37,557 nucleotides of DNA, taken from NCBI GenBank assembly GCA_035686985.1, contig DASRYX010000402.1:1-37557 (forward strand), written 5' to 3'. Source of the DNA: Planctomycetaceae bacterium. GTDB lineage: Bacteria > Planctomycetota > Planctomycetia > Planctomycetales > Planctomycetaceae. This document shows positions 34,531-37,557 of the stretch, one piece after another (the first letter of the stretch is position 1; each line of letters starts with the position of its first letter). The translations under genes and the position numbers were made by a program. A model generated the notes under the pieces. It worked only from the letters and a program-made list of their open reading frames with translations. It ran no database searches and was not told the DNA's origin.

Positions 34531-36695
34531 CATTTCACGTTGAGCAGCTGAAGCACGACCTTGTGGATCGTGCCCTTGAAGTCGTTGTTCTTGTCATACG
34601 GTCCGACCAGCCCGCCCGCATCGTGTCCCAGCTGCAGTCCTTCTATCGGCATTTTGAGCAGACCGATTCTGTCGCTCTCCACCGGAGCCTCCTCGTCAAC
34701 TCGCAATCGCAGTTGCCCGCCGGTTGTTAGTTCCGCACGAATCCGTCGCGGTCCGTGCAGCAATCGAGTACGAATGCTGGTCGGTTCGCTGCCGCGCCGG
34801 ATCAGGAACACGATATCGCCGTCTGCCGCAAACAATGAATAACCATGCGCGGTGCCACCTTGAGCGAGAATGACACCACTTGCGGGTTCCATTGTAGTGA
34901 TATCGGCGGTGATGACGATCCCGCGTCCCTCAATCTGCGGAGCACGTTCTTTGGGTAGAGTTGCGCCGAGGCGAAACGTGTACTCCGCGATTAGCGGTAG
35001 CCCGACAACCGGCGCTTTCCAACCACCGAGCGGCAGGACATCGCTCGTTTTCGCATAACGATCCCATCTCGCCGCCAAGTCGCGCACGCGGTCGGGGTGC
35101 TCTTTCGCCAGATCGCGTTGTTCACTGCGGTCGGTGTCGATATCGTACAGTTCCCATGCTTGATCCGCTTTTGCGACGAGTTTCCAACGGCCGTCGCGTA
35201 CGGCGCGGTTGCCTTCGTGTTCCCAGAACAGCGGCTCCTTGCGATCCACCGGATCAGTCGCAAAGGCCGGCCGCAGACTGGCACCGCGCAGCGGCTTGAT
35301 CGACTGTCCGGCAACTTCTGTCGGATAGCTCGCGCCGGCAACATCCACGCACGTTGCCATCAGATCGACCAGATGCCCGGGATCGCGCCGCAACCCGCCG
35401 CGTTGATCGGGCTTGATTCCCGCGGGCCAGTGCACGACGAGCGGCGTCGAGATGCCCCCTTCGTGGACCCAATGCTTGTACTCGCGGAACGGCGTGTTCG
35501 ACACCGCTGCCCACGCTTCGCCGTAGGCGATGTAGGTGTCGGGACCGCCGGCCATCACGCCTTTGCCTTGCCGCACCGGGTAACCATCACGCGTCTGCTT
35601 CGGAACCAGTGTGACCTGCAGTTCTTCAGCCGGCATCGGCGGTAACGTCGGCCTCTCGGCCCGCGCCGGACCGTCTTTGCCACGGCCAATCACTTCCGCA
35701 CAACCGCCGTTGTCCTGCAGGTAGAAGAACAGCGTGTTGTCCAGTTGCCCGGTCGATTTGAGCGTCGCGACCAGCTTCCCGAGCCCCTGGTCCATGCGGT
35801 CGACCATGGCCGCGAAGACTTCCATGTTGCGCTGGTCCCAGTCCCACAACGGCGTCTGATCGATTCCCGCCGGGACGGGTAACACGGTGGTGGCCTCTTT
35901 CGTGATCACGCCGCGTTCCAGCATCCGTTGATAACGCTGTTCGCGGACGGCCTGATATCCCTCGGCATATTTCCCTTTGTACTTGGCGATGTCCGATTCG
36001 TGCGCATGCATGGGCCAGTGCGCCGCGGTGTAAGCCACGTAGAGAAAGAACGGCTTGTCCGCATGCTGGGCGTGATGATCTTTCACGTACCGCACCGCGT
36101 GATCGCTGATGGCGTCAGTGTAATAATACGGTTCCGTTGGACGATACTCCGGATTCCCAAACGCGGAGACCTGCGTGTTGTCACGAGTGAGGAAAGAAGG
36201 ATCCCAGAAGCTGCCGCCGCCGATGATGGTGCCGTAAAACCGATCGAACCCGCGCTGCAGCGGCCAGTTATGTTTGTCGGCTTCGGTCTTTGCGGAGAGC
36301 GCTTTCGTGACATGCCATTTGCCGGTCATGTACGTGCGATAGCCCGCCGGTCGCAGCACCTCGGCGATGGTCACGCAGTTCTTGTTGAGATCGCCGCGGT
36401 AACCGTCATTGCCGCGGTTGTCGGTCATGTGACCCATCCCGGCCTGATGTGGGTACAGTCCCGTCAGCAGCGACGCCCGGGTCGGGCAACAGCGGGCCAT
36501 GTTGTAGAACTGCGTGAACCGCAGTCCGTTGGCCGCGAGTCCGTCGAGTGTCGGCGTATTGATTTCGCTGCCGAAGCAACCGATGTCCGAGTAACCCATG
36601 TCATCGCTCAGAACAATGACAATGTTCGGTTTCGTCGCCGCGTGAGCCGTCGTGGCCAACGTCAGCAGAGCGATCGTGAATAACAGTCGCGTCAT
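34530..36695 (-). CDS. Arylsulfatase (formylglycine-dependent sulfatase) with a C-terminal LamG/concanavalin-like domain
   Basis: Signal peptide MTRLLFTIALLTLATTAHA. PNIVIVLSDDMGYSDIGCFG. C-x-P-x-R motif CCPTRASLLTG. GKWH. C-terminal approximately 190 aa is a beta-rich extra domain. Confidence 0.95.
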   Translation of the reverse strand: MTRLLFTIALLTLATTAHAATKPNIVIVLSDDMGYSDIGCFGSEINTPTLDGLAANGLRFTQFYNMARCCPTRASLLTGLYPHQAGMGHMTDNRGNDGYRGDLNKNCVTIAEVLRPAGYRTYMTGKWHVTKALSAKTEADKHNWPLQRGFDRFYGTIIGGGSFWDPSFLTRDNTQVSAFGNPEYRPTEPYYYTDAISDHAVRYVKDHHAQHADKPFFLYVAYTAAHWPMHAHESDIAKYKGKYAEGYQAVREQRYQRMLERGVITKEATTVLPVPAGIDQTPLWDWDQRNMEVFAAMVDRMDQGLGKLVATLKSTGQLDNTLFFYLQDNGGCAEVIGRGKDGPARAERPTLPPMPAEELQVTLVPKQTRDGYPVRQGKGVMAGGPDTYIAYGEAWAAVSNTPFREYKHWVHEGGISTPLVVHWPAGIKPDQRGGLRRDPGHLVDLMATCVDVAGASYPTEVAGQSIKPLRGASLRPAFATDPVDRKEPLFWEHEGNRAVRDGRWKLVAKADQAWELYDIDTDRSEQRDLAKEHPDRVRDLAARWDRYAKTSDVLPLGGWKAPVVGLPLIAEYTFRLGATLPKERAPQIEGRGIVITADITTMEPASGVILAQGGTAHGYSLFAADGDIVFLIRRGSEPTSIRTRLLHGPRRIRAELTTGGQLRLRVDEEAPVESDRIGLLKMPIEGLQLGHDAGGLVGPYDKNNDFKGTIHKVVLQLLNVK

Positions 36696-36705
36696 GGTGT
36701 ATCTC

Positions 36706-36773
36706 GTAGGTCAGGCTGTGCCTGACGAATCTGTATTTCATGCGGTAACGAAGTCAGGCACAGCCTGACCTAC
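36706..36773. repeat. REPIN-like inverted repeat doublet, copy 5 (variant TCAGGC/GCCTGA), between the hydrolase and sulfatase genes
   Basis: GTAGGTCAGGCTGTGCCTGAC (36706-36726), 26-nt spacer, GTCAGGCACAGCCTGACCTAC (36753-36773), a perfect reverse complement. The right arm overlaps the hydrolase stop codon (36770-36772). The left arm lies 10 nt upstream of the sulfatase ATG (minus strand). Confidence 0.9.
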
Positions 36774-37557
36774 TTCAGGGCTTCGGCGACGAAGTCGAAC
36801 AGCGCTTTTGTGCTCGGATCATCGGGTGTGCCGAGTTCGGCGTTGATGCGGGTGTGGTTGGTTTCTTTCGCGCCGAACACGCGCACCGGAATTTCGGCAT
36901 CTTTGAGAACGGCACCGAGTCGTTGCGCCTGGGCCGCACAGTCGGGGTGATCGGCAACGTGCAGAATCAGAAATGGCGGGATCGATTTGCCTTTCGCCAC
37001 GTGCGTCACTGCCGAGAAATCACGGTGCTTCTCGGCGGTGTTGCCAAATTTCTCGCGATGACCGAACTTGGCCTGCGGCTGATGATGCACACGGCGTCGG
37101 GTCTCGGCCGTTTCGATGATCGCGGGCACATCATAGGTGTCACCATCGACCGGCACGCAGCCTTTGATGAAGTCGAGGGACAGTCCTTCCGCTTTCAGAT
37201 ACCGCTCATCGATACAAATCAGGGCGGCGAGTTGAGCGCCCGCCGAATGACCCATCACCAGCACACGACTCGGATCACCGCCATGCTCGGCGATGTGTTC
37301 ATGAACCCAGTGCAGAGATTTGGCGACATCGCGGATGATCGTGCCCATGTCGACATCGGGCAACAGCCGGTAGTTCGTGGAGACGAACACAAAGCCACGA
37401 TCGACGAACGCCTGTGGTTTGAGCTGCACTTCCTTTTTATCGCCGACCTGCCAGCCGCCGCCGTGAATCCAGAACACGACTGGGAGTTTCTTCGCATCCG
37501 CGGGGGCATAAACATCAAGCACGTGCCGTTCGTGAGCCGGTTCGGCGTACTTGATGT
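36770..37557 (-). CDS. Alpha/beta-hydrolase (esterase/lipase, HGG-type), 5'-partial at the window edge
   Basis: LDVYAP...[12 protein letters not shown] (oxyanion HGGG) and the nucleophile elbow GHSAGA. The frame stays open beyond the ORF-track Met at 37522 to the window end (…[16 protein letters not shown]), so the true start is probably outside the window. Confidence 0.8.
   Translation of the reverse strand, partial: IKYAEPAHERHVLDVYAPADAKKLPVVFWIHGGGWQVGDKKEVQLKPQAFVDRGFVFVSTNYRLLPDVDMGTIIRDVAKSLHWVHEHIAEHGGDPSRVLVMGHSAGAQLAALICIDERYLKAEGLSLDFIKGCVPVDGDTYDVPAIIETAETRRRVHHQPQAKFGHREKFGNTAEKHRDFSAVTHVAKGKSIPPFLILHVADHPDCAAQAQRLGAVLKDAEIPVRVFGAKETNHTRINAELGTPDDPSTKALFDFVAEALK

Overview
GC-rich bacterial chromosomal window. 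Gene content and repeat style suggest Planctomycetota: giant PQQ/TPR envelope proteins, a formylglycine-type sulfatase, and GTAGG-headed palindromic intergenic repeats. That assignment is inference only, since no database search was possible.

Layout:
(i) 1-6100: a 5'-partial BamB/PQQ-like beta-propeller protein and a membrane-anchored 843-aa TPR protein.
(ii) 6127-13444: a flagellar cluster, in the order FlgN-like, degenerate sigma54-activator-like regulator, flgB, flgC, fliE, fliF, fliG, fliH, small DgkA-like membrane protein. Large hairpin repeats sit in most of its intergenic gaps.
(iii) 13534-15426 (-): ABC-F ATPase Uup.
(iv) 15613-27228 (+): eight tightly or translationally coupled genes. 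They are a WXG100-like small protein, a helical partner, a toroid-repeat/HEAT secreted protein, a membrane-anchored unknown, an FHA-like-TM-TPR-propeller giant, a TPR/SBP5-like protein, a lipoprotein-like unknown and a thioredoxin-fold protein. I could not match this set to any named system, so it is my best candidate for an undescribed envelope module.
(v) 27229-31449 (-): a purQ / ClpN-thiE fusion / lactonase-like propeller / sugar-phosphate isomerase string.
(vi) 31825-37557: FHA-EAL c-di-GMP phosphodiesterase, enolase, arylsulfatase and a 5'-partial alpha/beta-hydrolase.

No rRNA, tRNA, CRISPR array, transposase, integrase or obvious defence genes were seen. Five copies of a REPIN-like inverted-repeat doublet occur in three compensatory sequence variants, and there is a separate heptamer-array hairpin. 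All functional calls rest on motif recognition by eye, and coordinates of alternative starts are noted.
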